DNA of 64,000 bases, from contig OY970212.1 in NCBI GenBank assembly GCA_963713925.1, forward strand, positions 1,056,001 to 1,120,000, written 5' to 3'. Of this stretch, positions 18,789 to 28,738 are shown one piece after another. The translations under genes were made by a program, and so were the position numbers. How positions within the stretch are numbered: position 1 is the stretch's first letter; every line of letters starts with the position of its first letter. The DNA comes from an uncultured bacterium (GTDB lineage Bacteria; Babelota; Babeliae; Babelales; Vermiphilaceae). Below the pieces are notes generated by a model, which was not told where the DNA came from, did not search any database, and saw only the letters and a list, made by a program, of their open reading frames with translations.

Positions 18789-19652
18789 TTACGCGCGCTT
18801 TGGCCCACGGCGATCATCAGATCCACCAGTTGTACGACGCGGACGACGAGCAGGCGTTGAACGGCCACCACTTGACCTTCTCTTGCGACCTTCTTCCTCT
18901 TCTTGAAGAGCAAGTCTGATTTGGTCAGGAGATTGTTCTGCTGCTGTCTCTTCTTGCTTTTCAACAGTTTTTGCATTGGCCGCGCCACGAGCTGCAAACT
19001 CTGACAAGTATTCAAGAATCGTTTTAATAGAACGAGGAGAATCATCATTGCCAGGGATTACATAGTTAACGCCTGATGGGTCATTGTTGGTATCAACAAG
19101 CGCCACCACCGGCAAGCCCATGCGAACAGCTTCTTTAAGAGCTGAATGTTCTTTGCGAACATCGATGATAACAATAGCGCCGATAGGCCATGATAAATTG
19201 GTAATACCACCAATATTATCTTGTAAACGTTTTACTGATTTTTGAATAATATTAAGTTCTTTTTTGGTATAATTCGGAAATTTATCTGAACGATCCAAAA
19301 CATCTTGGAAATGAAGAAGCTTAGTTACTGATTTTTTAACTTGGCTGAAGTTGCTAAGCGTACCACCAATCCAACGATGGCTCACAAAAGGCATCTTCAA
19401 TGTCGCTGCAACATCTTTAATTGATTGTTGCGCCGGCTTTTTTGTTCCAACCCAAAGAATTGCCTTGCCTTCACTGGCAACGTTTTCTAAAAATTGAGCT
19501 GCTTTTTCAAGCTGAATAGCCGCCTTTGAAACGTCAATCAAATGGACCCCATTTTTATGACCCCAGATATAGGGCTTCATTTTAGGTGACCAGCGAGAAG
19601 TTTGGTGGCCAAAATGCACACCGGCAGTAATTAATTTACGAAAATCGATCAT
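18789..19652 (-). CDS. rpsB: 30S ribosomal protein S2
   Basis: AGVHFGHQT, RWIGGTLSNF, IPGNDD. Confidence 0.97.
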   Translation of the reverse strand: MIDFRKLITAGVHFGHQTSRWSPKMKPYIWGHKNGVHLIDVSKAAIQLEKAAQFLENVASEGKAILWVGTKKPAQQSIKDVAATLKMPFVSHRWIGGTLSNFSQVKKSVTKLLHFQDVLDRSDKFPNYTKKELNIIQKSVKRLQDNIGGITNLSWPIGAIVIIDVRKEHSALKEAVRMGLPVVALVDTNNDPSGVNYVIPGNDDSPRSIKTILEYLSEFAARGAANAKTVEKQEETAAEQSPDQIRLALQEEEEGRKRRSSGGRSTPARRPRRTTGGSDDRRGPKRA

Positions 19653-19663
19653 ATAAAATCCTT

Positions 19664-19713
19664 AAAGGGGTTATACCTGTTGCCTTCTAGGTATCTGAGC
19701 GATACCACCCCTT
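19664..19713 (-). promoter_or_regulatory. Probable S2 autoregulatory leader
   Basis: AAGGGGT...ACCCCTT outer stem enclosing a GGTATC/GATACC hairpin and GAAGGC...ATAACCCC, just upstream of the rpsB RBS. Confidence 0.55.
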
Positions 19714-19912
19714 AATAAGAAGACAAGCTAAAAAACAATTAACACTCCACAATGTTGAAATTTTACCAAATAGGCCTTAAATTGCAATCTTTTAACAAAA
19801 TGTACAAAACAAATTTTGTTAAAAGATTGTCCGCCATAGTTTAACACATACTGAGGCTTGACTTCGAAGTAAGAACGACGGCTGGACTATCGCATTAGCA
19901 CGATCGAATGTT

Positions 19913-21367
19913 CTATTCTTGCTCAAGACCAATTACCTCATTACGAGCAACCGCCTTTTCAAAGCGATTCCCTAAAAAGTAGGCTATAACGACCCAAACG
20001 CCAATAATAACGGCAAACAAACCTGATTGGACTGCCACGAAAAGCGATGCCCCAAGGCCCTCTGTGACTGTGTTAAACAGCGAACCCCCTGCCTTGGCAA
20101 ATTTTGACCCAAAGGCATCTATCCATGATTTCGTTTTAAACTTGATTTCCTTGACCGTAAGAATATACAAGCTTTCTCGAACCGGATAACTCAATCCATA
20201 GTGAATACCTCGCACCCCAACAAAAAAGAGCGTGAAAGCTAATTGAGTATTGTATATTCTGAAAATGCCATATAAGCAGGCCATAGAAATCGGAACAAGC
20301 AACAAGCATGCCTTTTCGCCCCAACGGTTTAACAATGTTGATGTTCCAAAGAGCGATATAATGAGCCCGACTGCGTGAGTAAAGAAAATGAAACTGAATA
20401 AAGATGCACTGAATTCTGAAAGGTTTGTTGCACCTTCTTTTGCGATTACGATGCGTTGGTAATTCAATATTGTTTGCATGACTTCATAAAATAATACGAT
20501 GGCAAAAATACCAAACGCATAGGGATATTTAATAAGCATTGCCAGTCCGGAAAACAAACCGGTTGATGCACTTTCATCTTTTTCTCGTTGTTTGTCGGCT
20601 CTATAAACCGCTTTATATCCCTGCAACTCGGTTTCAGAAACTTTTTTCGTTAAAATCCATATGATAAGGGGAACAAAGAGCAACAATGCCGATGAAGCCC
20701 CCAGCAAAATCTGATGCTTGAGTGTATGCGAATTCACATATGAAAGCGGATCAGTGTAACTGAGCAGGAGCCATGCGAGCCCGGCACTTGCCATACCGCC
20801 TACTTTGGAGCCGGCCACCATGATCCCATAACTTCTTTTAGCGGCTTGCGGACTATTGATTGAGTTTGAAAATGCCCAAAAGACACTCACGATAAAGGGA
20901 GAATAGCCCTCGATAAACAAATAAAAAAACCACCCAAACAAACGATAGGGGCTTGAATCGGTATTTGGAATCCCGATTACCGAATGCCCCAAAAAAATTG
21001 AAAAAATAATTCCAAGAGTCCCAAAGGCAAAGGTATAGAGCATCAATAATTGATAACGATGAAGTGAATCAACAAATCGAGAATAGAGCATGACTGCCGG
21101 GATCAAAAGAACAATAGCGACCATTTTGGCATACGCAATATATTCTTTCCCGACAATTGCCACAAACATTGCATCTTTGAGCTCTTTTGCAATGGTGTAT
21201 CCTGCAATAATGCAAAAAAAGGAAGCCGTTAAAAGAAATACCTTCGTTCGCTCAGACTTACTGTCGGGTAAAAATGAATCAAAATATTGTTTAATTCGAT
21301 ACATATATCCCTTTGTAGCACTTATCATTGCATCCCTCATGTTCACAAAACCTTTCAACTGCCGCAC
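19913..21367 (-). CDS. ATP/ADP translocase (Npt/TLC family) MFS transporter
   Basis: KELKDA, FWAFSN, AKRSYG, RESLYI...KFKTKSWIDAFGSKFAK; start could be 21340 or 21328. Confidence 0.85.
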   Translation of the reverse strand: MRQLKGFVNMRDAMISATKGYMYRIKQYFDSFLPDSKSERTKVFLLTASFFCIIAGYTIAKELKDAMFVAIVGKEYIAYAKMVAIVLLIPAVMLYSRFVDSLHRYQLLMLYTFAFGTLGIIFSIFLGHSVIGIPNTDSSPYRLFGWFFYLFIEGYSPFIVSVFWAFSNSINSPQAAKRSYGIMVAGSKVGGMASAGLAWLLLSYTDPLSYVNSHTLKHQILLGASSALLLFVPLIIWILTKKVSETELQGYKAVYRADKQREKDESASTGLFSGLAMLIKYPYAFGIFAIVLFYEVMQTILNYQRIVIAKEGATNLSEFSASLFSFIFFTHAVGLIISLFGTSTLLNRWGEKACLLLVPISMACLYGIFRIYNTQLAFTLFFVGVRGIHYGLSYPVRESLYILTVKEIKFKTKSWIDAFGSKFAKAGGSLFNTVTEGLGASLFVAVQSGLFAVIIGVWVVIAYFLGNRFEKAVARNEVIGLEQE

Positions 21368-21377
21368 GCACTATTAT

Positions 21378-22766
21378 TTAGCACACTATTTCTTTATTTG
21401 CCACCGCACCGGTATACCGCCTGCCCAAATAAAGGGCCATAAGAAACCAGCTGATTATAAGAATTGATGAAAAACCAACACTCAAATTCACATATAATTC
21501 AAACGCAAGATGGGGGCCAAACATCCATGCAAGTGGACTTTGGATAAAAGCAAAACCGGACCCAATTGTTTTTGATGCTCGAGAACCAAATGTATCGATC
21601 CAAGCCTGAGAAAGATATTTCACCTCGGTACTGGTCGGCACGTACAACTGTTTAACTGATGGTGAATTAATCGCGTAGGCGAGAGCCTTAACGCCGATCA
21701 TGACCCAAAATAAAACTTGAACTTTTGGATAGAAGAAGAAAAGACCAAGCGCTACTGCAACAACAAATGGCATTACCAAAATAGAGAAGCGAATCCCGAG
21801 CCTTCTTTGCACGTTATTTACGCCGAAAATCAATATAACCGCCGATACCAAATTAACGAGCGTCGCATAGGAGCCTAAATAAACCGTGCATGCTGAATCG
21901 GTGCAAGTCAATCGCTGTGCCATGTTCTTGAAATTATAATCAATCAACGTGGTAACTGTTTCATACGCCGCGACAATCGAAAGAATTCCAAGCAAATATC
22001 CACTTGAGAAAAAGAGACGCAATCCACCCGCGAATCCGGCATTTTTCAACGGTTGCTTTCGTTCAGCGATCTGCGCGGGCCGATAACCAACCAATTGTGA
22101 TTTAGGAACGGTCTTTTCAAAAAGCCATAAAAAGAAAAGAACTCCCGAAAACACTATCCCGGAAGCCAAAACAACGTATGCCGTCGAACCGAACCAATGT
22201 TCAGCCGCCAATGGAGTTAATAAGGCGGGTCCGAAAACGCTGATCGATTGAGCTATCATAACCGAGAAAGGAAACCCTCTGCGAGCGGAATCGGGGTCAG
22301 TTGTATCTGTGGCAAACGCCCAAAACAAAGCCGGAACAAATGAGCCATAACTCTCGACAAATGCATACCACGCCCACCCAAGCCAACGAGTCAAAGCAAC
22401 CTCTCTATTGGCAAGACCCCATGAAGGATCTAGTAAAAGCATTCCAAAAAGAAGGGTTCCGACGATATAAGCACCGGAAACGATAAACAATAATTTATTA
22501 CGTGAATATTTCTCTACAATTTTGGTGTAGAGCAAGATAAGTGGAAAAAGACACCAGAGGGAAAGAAGTTTTGCCGAATTGAGGTATTCACCGCCAATCA
22601 TGGTCATGAAAACCGAATCTTTTGTAACGCGAAGCGTCCAATAGATGCCTATGATAAAACCATAGATGACCCCTAAAAGAACAAATTTTTTTAATTCATC
22701 CCTGGAGAAATGGCCAAACCAGGCCTGAGCCACCGAAATCAACCTTGAAGCAAACGTCATGAGCAC
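21378..22766 (-). CDS. ATP/ADP translocase (Npt/TLC family) MFS transporter
   Basis: ELKKF...LRVTKDSVF, FWAFA, ARRGFP, LYVPT...KY..QAWIDTFGSR. Confidence 0.85.
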   Translation of the reverse strand: MLMTFASRLISVAQAWFGHFSRDELKKFVLLGVIYGFIIGIYWTLRVTKDSVFMTMIGGEYLNSAKLLSLWCLFPLILLYTKIVEKYSRNKLLFIVSGAYIVGTLLFGMLLLDPSWGLANREVALTRWLGWAWYAFVESYGSFVPALFWAFATDTTDPDSARRGFPFSVMIAQSISVFGPALLTPLAAEHWFGSTAYVVLASGIVFSGVLFFLWLFEKTVPKSQLVGYRPAQIAERKQPLKNAGFAGGLRLFFSSGYLLGILSIVAAYETVTTLIDYNFKNMAQRLTCTDSACTVYLGSYATLVNLVSAVILIFGVNNVQRRLGIRFSILVMPFVVAVALGLFFFYPKVQVLFWVMIGVKALAYAINSPSVKQLYVPTSTEVKYLSQAWIDTFGSRASKTIGSGFAFIQSPLAWMFGPHLAFELYVNLSVGFSSILIISWFLMALYLGRRYTGAVANKEIVC

Positions 22767-22905
22767 CCTTACCGCGACACCACTGTGTTACAACCGTTGT
22801 CTTTATATTACGATTTTTACAAAAAATTATCAAAAGATTATTCATTTGTAAAAAGTTGTTTTAAAGAAATGGAAGTATGACTAGGGCACTCATTTCAATA
22901 TGAAA

Positions 22906-23487
22906 CTATGATCTTTGATAATTCAAATAGCCCAAAAAGATGTCTATATTTGAAATCGAGCGATTAACAAGATCTTTGAACGAGCCCCGGTGCAGCTCCA
23001 ATTTCGGACTTATTACATCCAGAAGAAACCGCTCTATGGCAAGGATGCTATTTACTCCTATTTTTTTCAGAATCTTTTCGAATTCTTTCGGGTTTTCTTC
23101 AATCTCAAATAGCTTGTCGAACAATCCAACATACAAAAGAGCCATTGCCTTCAATGCGGAATAGGCATACCCGACCCGATCTGCCTCATTTTTGCTCTTA
23201 AACTGACCAGCGCGATCAAACAATTTGTTATATCCATCCAGAGACTTAAACTTATCCGAAAGTTTTATAAGGCCATCGACTCCTACTTTCTCTGCTGCGG
23301 TTTTAAACTCCGGAGAATTAAATTCATTTAAAAAAAAATCCAATTTATCAGGTATATAAGTAAGCTGGTTATTCTGCGCAAAAGGATCAAAAAACTTTGA
23401 CAACTCTTGAACACCCTCTCCTGAATACATGACATGCACACTCACGAGCAGTAATCCCGCAAACAAGATCCTATTTTTCATGGACAA
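22906..23487 (-). CDS. Secreted hypothetical helical protein
   Basis: Signal peptide, 193-aa ORF. Confidence 0.65.
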   Translation of the reverse strand: MSMKNRILFAGLLLVSVHVMYSGEGVQELSKFFDPFAQNNQLTYIPDKLDFFLNEFNSPEFKTAAEKVGVDGLIKLSDKFKSLDGYNKLFDRAGQFKSKNEADRVGYAYSALKAMALLYVGLFDKLFEIEENPKEFEKILKKIGVNSILAIERFLLDVISPKLELHRGSFKDLVNRSISNIDIFLGYLNYQRS

Positions 23488-23639
23488 GCCCCTTCATTAG
23501 AAAGATTAATTCGCCTCATCCCAATACTATCAAATATGTTTTCAGATTGTAAATATACACACAAAAGACACCCATTGATTTTTTATATTTTTAATTATAA
23601 AATAATAATATATTCGTGCGCAAAATGGAGGATTCTCGC

Positions 23640-24269
23640 GTGAAATTTTTAAAAACAATATCGCTTGTTCTATGCAGTCTTGCTATTACACAAACCTGTA
23701 ATCTCACTGCTATTGCCAAGTATAAGGCCCTGCAGCTCAAAGAGTTAAAGAATACATCTCAACCGACTACTGGATCATATATTTCATTTGCATTCAAACA
23801 ATTTACCAAGGCAGATTGCCATAAGTATTTAGGCCGAAATACCATTCTTTCAAAAGGCATCCAGCCAGTACAAATCCAATTTACCAACAACTCTGAGTAT
23901 TCCTATATCCTTTCAGCAGACAGCTTTAGCTTCCCTTGCATCCCTTATCAAGAAGTTGCTGAGTGCGTGTCTTTCAATACAGCTAAACGACTAACGCTCT
24001 GGGGAATCGGCACCCTTTTTATTTGGCCTCTAGTTATACCATTTGTCATAGAAGCCATTGAATCGCCAAAAGCTAATGAACGTCTTGAGACTGATTTTCA
24101 AAACAAAAGCCTTGATTTCACCGTTGTCGGCCCCCATCAAACAGTCAATAAACTGGTTTTTGTTGAAAAGAGTGAATTTTCAGAGCATTTCTCCTTTTCA
24201 GTTGTGAATATGAAAAATAATGAGAAACTCGCCGTTTCGACCATTAGTCCGCTGATAAAACTTAACTAA
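23640..24269 (+). CDS. Hypothetical secreted/membrane protein
   Basis: GGAGG RBS then GTG; signal peptide and one internal TM segment. Confidence 0.7.
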   Translation: MKFLKTISLVLCSLAITQTCNLTAIAKYKALQLKELKNTSQPTTGSYISFAFKQFTKADCHKYLGRNTILSKGIQPVQIQFTNNSEYSYILSADSFSFPCIPYQEVAECVSFNTAKRLTLWGIGTLFIWPLVIPFVIEAIESPKANERLETDFQNKSLDFTVVGPHQTVNKLVFVEKSEFSEHFSFSVVNMKNNEKLAVSTISPLIKLN

Positions 24270-24296
24270 AGATTAACCACCATAGATATCAGTAAC

Positions 24297-24325
24297 GACG
24301 GCTCGAGGTTATCTCGAGCCGTTTT
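24297..24325 (+). terminator. Intrinsic terminator
   Basis: acggctcgag-gttat-ctcgagccgtttt. Confidence 0.75.
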
Positions 24326-24370
24326 ATTATGCACAAGCTTATTACATGCACTGGGGACCTGTTTTATTCT

Positions 24371-24439
24371 TACCCAAATGTTCTACATTTGGGGCCCATT
24401 ATTTTTTACCCAAACTTTGCTTTGCTCCGTTTGGGGCCC
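24371..24439. repeat. Two tandem family-C palindromes (TACCCAA...TTGGGGCCC)
   Basis: 24371-24397 and 24407-24439; related copies at 14904, 18661, 30564, 37331, 40494, 45691, 48242. Confidence 0.75.
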
Positions 24440-24560
24440 ATTATTTGGCAAAAATCAATTTATGAAATAAAATAGAGAGCGAAATATCCCATACAATTAA
24501 GAAATTAAAATGAATTTTATATTCCCATACAAAGTATGGGCCCTATTTGGAGCGTGAATC

Positions 24561-27008
24561 ATGGCAAAATTGAAAGAAGAAATACAAAATATTGAGCACA
24601 TCAGCTCTGAGCAGACCACCCTTGATTTCTTACCGTTACTTCCGCTCAAAAACGTCATCATATTACCCAAAAGCATTCTTCCTATCATCGTAGGTCGGCC
24701 GTCTTCTATAGAGTCTGTTGAATTCGCGCTTAAAAACCATACACAGCTCTTTATTACCTCCCAAAAAGACGAGAAAGTTGAAACGCCTGCTCTTGGTGAC
24801 CTTTTTATGACCGGCACCCGCGCGTCTATTTTACAAGTTATGCGTATGCCGAACGGTTCTTTGAAAATATTAGCCGAAGGGCTATGCCGGGCTCGCGTTA
24901 TCAGCCAAGAACCAGAAATTACTAACTTCATCGCGGTCAAAGCTGAAGATATCCCGTCTACTCAGACAGACAATATGATTGAACTTGAGGCTATTTGGCG
25001 TCAATTGAAGGCATTATACGCAACCTATACTCAATTAAACGAAAAAGCCCCGGCGGATATTACTGCAAACGTAAAAACGGCTCAAGAAATGGACTTCTGT
25101 GCCGATACAATCGCCGTACATCTCAACCTCACCTTTGCAGAACGCCAAGCGCTTCTTGAAGAAGCGAGCCTTCCGGAGCGCATGTTTACCATTTTGAGTG
25201 CACTCAAAAAAGATATTGATATTCTACAAACAGAACAAAGGATCAAAGGCCGCGTACAAACCCAGGTTGAACAAAGCCAACGAGAATATTACCTCACCGA
25301 GCAAATGAAAGCCATTCAAAAAGAACTTGGTCGTGAAGACCATTCTGTTGAGGTGATCAATATACGTTCAAAAATAAAACAATTAGGCTTGTCTGCTGAA
25401 GCTCAAGAAAAAGTTGAAAAAGAACTTAAGCGCTTAGAACAGATGCCCCCACTTTCTTCTGAAGCGGTTGTAAGTAGAAACTACATTGACTGGGTTATCT
25501 CTTTACCTTGGAAAAAAACAAGCAAAGATACCATCAGCCTTGTCCAAGCGGAAAAAATTCTCAATCAAAAACATGCTGGTCTCCATAGAGCAAAAGAACG
25601 CATTATTGAGTTTCTTGCCGCTAAAAAATTCTCGAAAAAGTTAAGCAAATCCCCAATTGTCTGCCTTGTCGGGCCTCCGGGAGTGGGTAAAACCTCCCTC
25701 GGACAATCGATTGCCGATGCTTTGGGCAGAGAATTTGTTCGTATTTCGTTGGGCGGCATTAAAGACGAAGCTGAAATTAGAGGGCATCGACGAACCTATA
25801 TCGGTGCGTTGCCGGGTAAAATTATCCAGGCAATGAAGAAAGCAAACACCTTAAATCCGGTGATTCTTCTTGATGAAATTGATAAAATGAGCCGCGATTT
25901 TCATGGCGACCCGTCAGCAGCTCTTCTTGAGGTGCTTGACCCGGAACAAAATAAATCATTTGTAGATCATTTTCTTGATATAGAATATGATTTGTCGCAA
26001 GTCATGTTTATTGCAACAGCAAACATGTTGGATGGTATTCCATATCCACTGTTTGACCGTATGGATATTATTAATTTATCCGGATACACCGAAGATGAAA
26101 AAGTGGCGATTGCACAAGAATTTCTGATTGATAAAAATCTGAAAGAATATAATCTATCTTCAGCTCAATTTAAGATAAGCGAATCTATTTTACGCCTTAT
26201 TATTAATCAATACACCAAAGAAGCCGGCGTGCGCCAATTAGAGCGATTAATTGCAAAATTGATGCGTAAAGCAATACAGGTGTTGTTGAAAGATAAAAAA
26301 GCACGTTCAATAACTATAACTGAAGAACGCGTGAAAGAATGGCTCGGATATCCAAAATACAGAAAGACCTCGTTAAGCGAAAGCGCTAAAAAGATCGGAT
26401 TGGTAACCGGGCTTGCCTGGACCGAATTTGGTGGAGATGTGCTCGAGATAGAAACGAGTATTCTCTCTGGAAAAGGTGGAATGACTCTCACCGGGCAACT
26501 GGGAGATGTTATGCAGGAATCTGCGCAAGCAGCTTTGAGTTATACCCGATCTCGGGCTAAGGAACTTGACCTGAATTCTTCTTTTTATACCAATAAAGAT
26601 ATTCACGTTCATATTCCGGAAGGCGCAACCCCAAAAGACGGCCCTTCTGCAGGAATTGCACTCTGCACAGCACTTATTTCAGCCCTCACCAAAATACCTA
26701 CCCTCAATGCATTGGCAATGACGGGGGAAATTACCCTTCAGGGAAGAGTTCTTTCGATTGGTGGACTGAAGGAAAAGCTATTGGCTGCAAAACAACATGG
26801 CATGAAAAAGGTTATTATTCCTCAGGATAACCAGGACGATCTTGAAGAGATTAGGAAGGAAATTGATCTTGGTGACCTGGAAATCCATCTTGTTTCAAAT
26901 ATGGATCAGGTACTGAAGCTTGCTTTTGAAAAGTCGCCCCTGGAATTGGCGGCCCAAAAGGCAAAAAAAGAGTCAAAAAAGAAAAACAACATCAAAAAGA
27001 ATGAATAA
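24561..27008 (+). CDS. lon: ATP-dependent protease Lon
   Basis: [34 protein letters not shown]. Confidence 0.97.
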   Translation: MAKLKEEIQNIEHISSEQTTLDFLPLLPLKNVIILPKSILPIIVGRPSSIESVEFALKNHTQLFITSQKDEKVETPALGDLFMTGTRASILQVMRMPNGSLKILAEGLCRARVISQEPEITNFIAVKAEDIPSTQTDNMIELEAIWRQLKALYATYTQLNEKAPADITANVKTAQEMDFCADTIAVHLNLTFAERQALLEEASLPERMFTILSALKKDIDILQTEQRIKGRVQTQVEQSQREYYLTEQMKAIQKELGREDHSVEVINIRSKIKQLGLSAEAQEKVEKELKRLEQMPPLSSEAVVSRNYIDWVISLPWKKTSKDTISLVQAEKILNQKHAGLHRAKERIIEFLAAKKFSKKLSKSPIVCLVGPPGVGKTSLGQSIADALGREFVRISLGGIKDEAEIRGHRRTYIGALPGKIIQAMKKANTLNPVILLDEIDKMSRDFHGDPSAALLEVLDPEQNKSFVDHFLDIEYDLSQVMFIATANMLDGIPYPLFDRMDIINLSGYTEDEKVAIAQEFLIDKNLKEYNLSSAQFKISESILRLIINQYTKEAGVRQLERLIAKLMRKAIQVLLKDKKARSITITEERVKEWLGYPKYRKTSLSESAKKIGLVTGLAWTEFGGDVLEIETSILSGKGGMTLTGQLGDVMQESAQAALSYTRSRAKELDLNSSFYTNKDIHVHIPEGATPKDGPSAGIALCTALISALTKIPTLNALAMTGEITLQGRVLSIGGLKEKLLAAKQHGMKKVIIPQDNQDDLEEIRKEIDLGDLEIHLVSNMDQVLKLAFEKSPLELAAQKAKKESKKKNNIKKNE

Positions 27009-27039
27009 TCACTACTATTTTACCTCTAAGGATGTACGT

Positions 27040-27222
27040 ATGAGTATCCGATCACTGTTAACACTTTCTCTTGTTGCCGTACTCTCATTTGCAGGTTGCG
27101 GTAACCGTAAAAAGTGCTGCCCTGCTGAAGCTCCTTCAGCTATACAGCAAGAACTCAATGAGTTTATTGAAATGGATGAAGCTCAAGAGATTATTACTGC
27201 CGAAAATGCAGGAAAATTTTAG
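27040..27222 (+). CDS. Small lipoprotein with a CC motif
   Basis: Lipobox SFAG|C followed by GNRKKCCP; terminator at ~27256-27292. Confidence 0.65.
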   Translation: MSIRSLLTLSLVAVLSFAGCGNRKKCCPAEAPSAIQQELNEFIEMDEAQEIITAENAGKF

Positions 27223-27523
27223 GATAAAAAGATTTCCGTTCTCCCGGTTTTCTCAGGGATAGGTTGAAATATTCAACCTATCCTCTTTTTTTAATATTTT
27301 ACCGGGAATCGCCCTTCTTGGCAAAGAGAAGTACTTACGACGGTATATTTTACCGAGACCCCTTTTTATGAAAAAAGCCCTTATCTACGCATTTTTTTAT
27401 TAATAATTTGATTCAAATAGAAAAATTTATTCAAAATCCTTGAATTTGAAAATGCTCCTTAAGTATGCTGTTACTAGAAGTTGTATGAGAGTAAAACTAA
27501 ATAACCTTATTTAAGGAGATGTT

Positions 27524-27979
27524 ATGAAGAAACTCTTACTTGCAATAGCATTAATTGCTGTTGTTGGTGTGGCAACCGAAATGGAAGCCCGCCTTTTCCG
27601 TCGCGGTTGTAATGATGGTTCATGCTCACGACCAGTTCGTGGCTGCCATAAAAAAAGATGCCACAAAAAAGCATGTGCTCCTAAAAAGTCATGCAAAAAA
27701 GTGTGCGATGAGTGCGAAACATGCCCTCAATCACATGAAGTGATCAGACAACCAGAAAACTGCCGTTGCATTGAAAAAACCTGGTGCCGACTTGTAACAC
27801 CTGAAAAGACTGTTACAATCCCTGCGCAGTATGAAAAAGTTACCTGCGTAACTAATATCAGCGAAAGCTGCTGCGTAACAAAAGATGGTTGCACAGAAGC
27901 AGACTACAATATGCACCCAAATCTTTCGGAAGCTCCAGCTGACGTGCACAGCGCACTCGCAAATGCTAACGTAAAGTAA
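27524..27979 (+). CDS. Secreted cysteine-rich protein (16 Cys)
   Basis: AAGGAG RBS, signal peptide ending EMEA, Cys/Lys-rich mature region. Confidence 0.8.
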   Translation: MKKLLLAIALIAVVGVATEMEARLFRRGCNDGSCSRPVRGCHKKRCHKKACAPKKSCKKVCDECETCPQSHEVIRQPENCRCIEKTWCRLVTPEKTVTIPAQYEKVTCVTNISESCCVTKDGCTEADYNMHPNLSEAPADVHSALANANVK

Positions 27980-28003
27980 TTAACTTACTTACAGCATACA
28001 ACT

Positions 28004-28044
28004 AAAGAGGGACCGGAATATTCCGGTCCCTCTCTCTTTTTTTT
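28004..28044. terminator. Intrinsic terminator
   Basis: agagggaccggaatattccggtccctct followed by a T-run. Confidence 0.8.
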
Positions 28045-28062
28045 ACCCCAAAACGGGCAAAC

Positions 28063-28737
28063 TTATTTTGAAAACTTTTGAATTATCTCGAAAATCTTCT
28101 CGACTGACTCTTGGACCGTTAAATCAGAAGTATCAATCACATGAGCCCCTGCAGGGATCACCAATGGCGCAAGACTTCGTTTTGTATCACGCTCATCTCT
28201 TTGCTTGATTGATTGCTCAATTGTTTTCAAATCGATATCTTTTCCCTGTTTTTTCAAATCATTATGCATGCGGCGGGCGCGCACCTGCACGGAAGCGGTT
28301 ATATAAAACTTATAATCAGCATAGGGGAAAACTTTTGACCCAATATCTCGTCCCTCAGCAACCAAATCACCCTCAGTCTCAAAGCTTCGTTGCCATTCTA
28401 AAACGATTTGCCTGCAAAGAGGCGCTATGCTCAATCGAGAAGTGGCATCATCTATCTGAGGCGTTTTTAGGGATGGCGTCACGTCAACGCCGTCCACTAA
28501 CATTCGGGCATCCGAAGATAATTCGAACCGATACTCACATATACCCCGAGCCCAGAGAAGATCATCAGGATCGGGAAATGCTAATTCTTCAAGGGCGTAC
28601 TTTTTATTGATTAATACATACGCAAGAGCTCGATACAATAAGCCGGAATTTACATAAAAAGCATTGTAATGTTCTCCCAACCGGCGCGCAATGGTAGATT
28701 TTCCACTCGCGGCCGGTCCATCAATCGCTATAATCAT
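28063..28737 (-). CDS. cmk: Cytidylate kinase
   Basis: IAIDGPAASGKST, SGLLYR, EGRDIGS, RDERD. Confidence 0.95.
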   Translation of the reverse strand: MIIAIDGPAASGKSTIARRLGEHYNAFYVNSGLLYRALAYVLINKKYALEELAFPDPDDLLWARGICEYRFELSSDARMLVDGVDVTPSLKTPQIDDATSRLSIAPLCRQIVLEWQRSFETEGDLVAEGRDIGSKVFPYADYKFYITASVQVRARRMHNDLKKQGKDIDLKTIEQSIKQRDERDTKRSLAPLVIPAGAHVIDTSDLTVQESVEKIFEIIQKFSK

Positions 28738-28738
28738 T

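Noticed and set aside
18300..18906. Track ORFs 18300..18530, 18424..18906, 18451..18642 and 18594..18860
   Set aside because: They overlap ffs, tRNA-Ser and palindromic repeats; shadow ORFs
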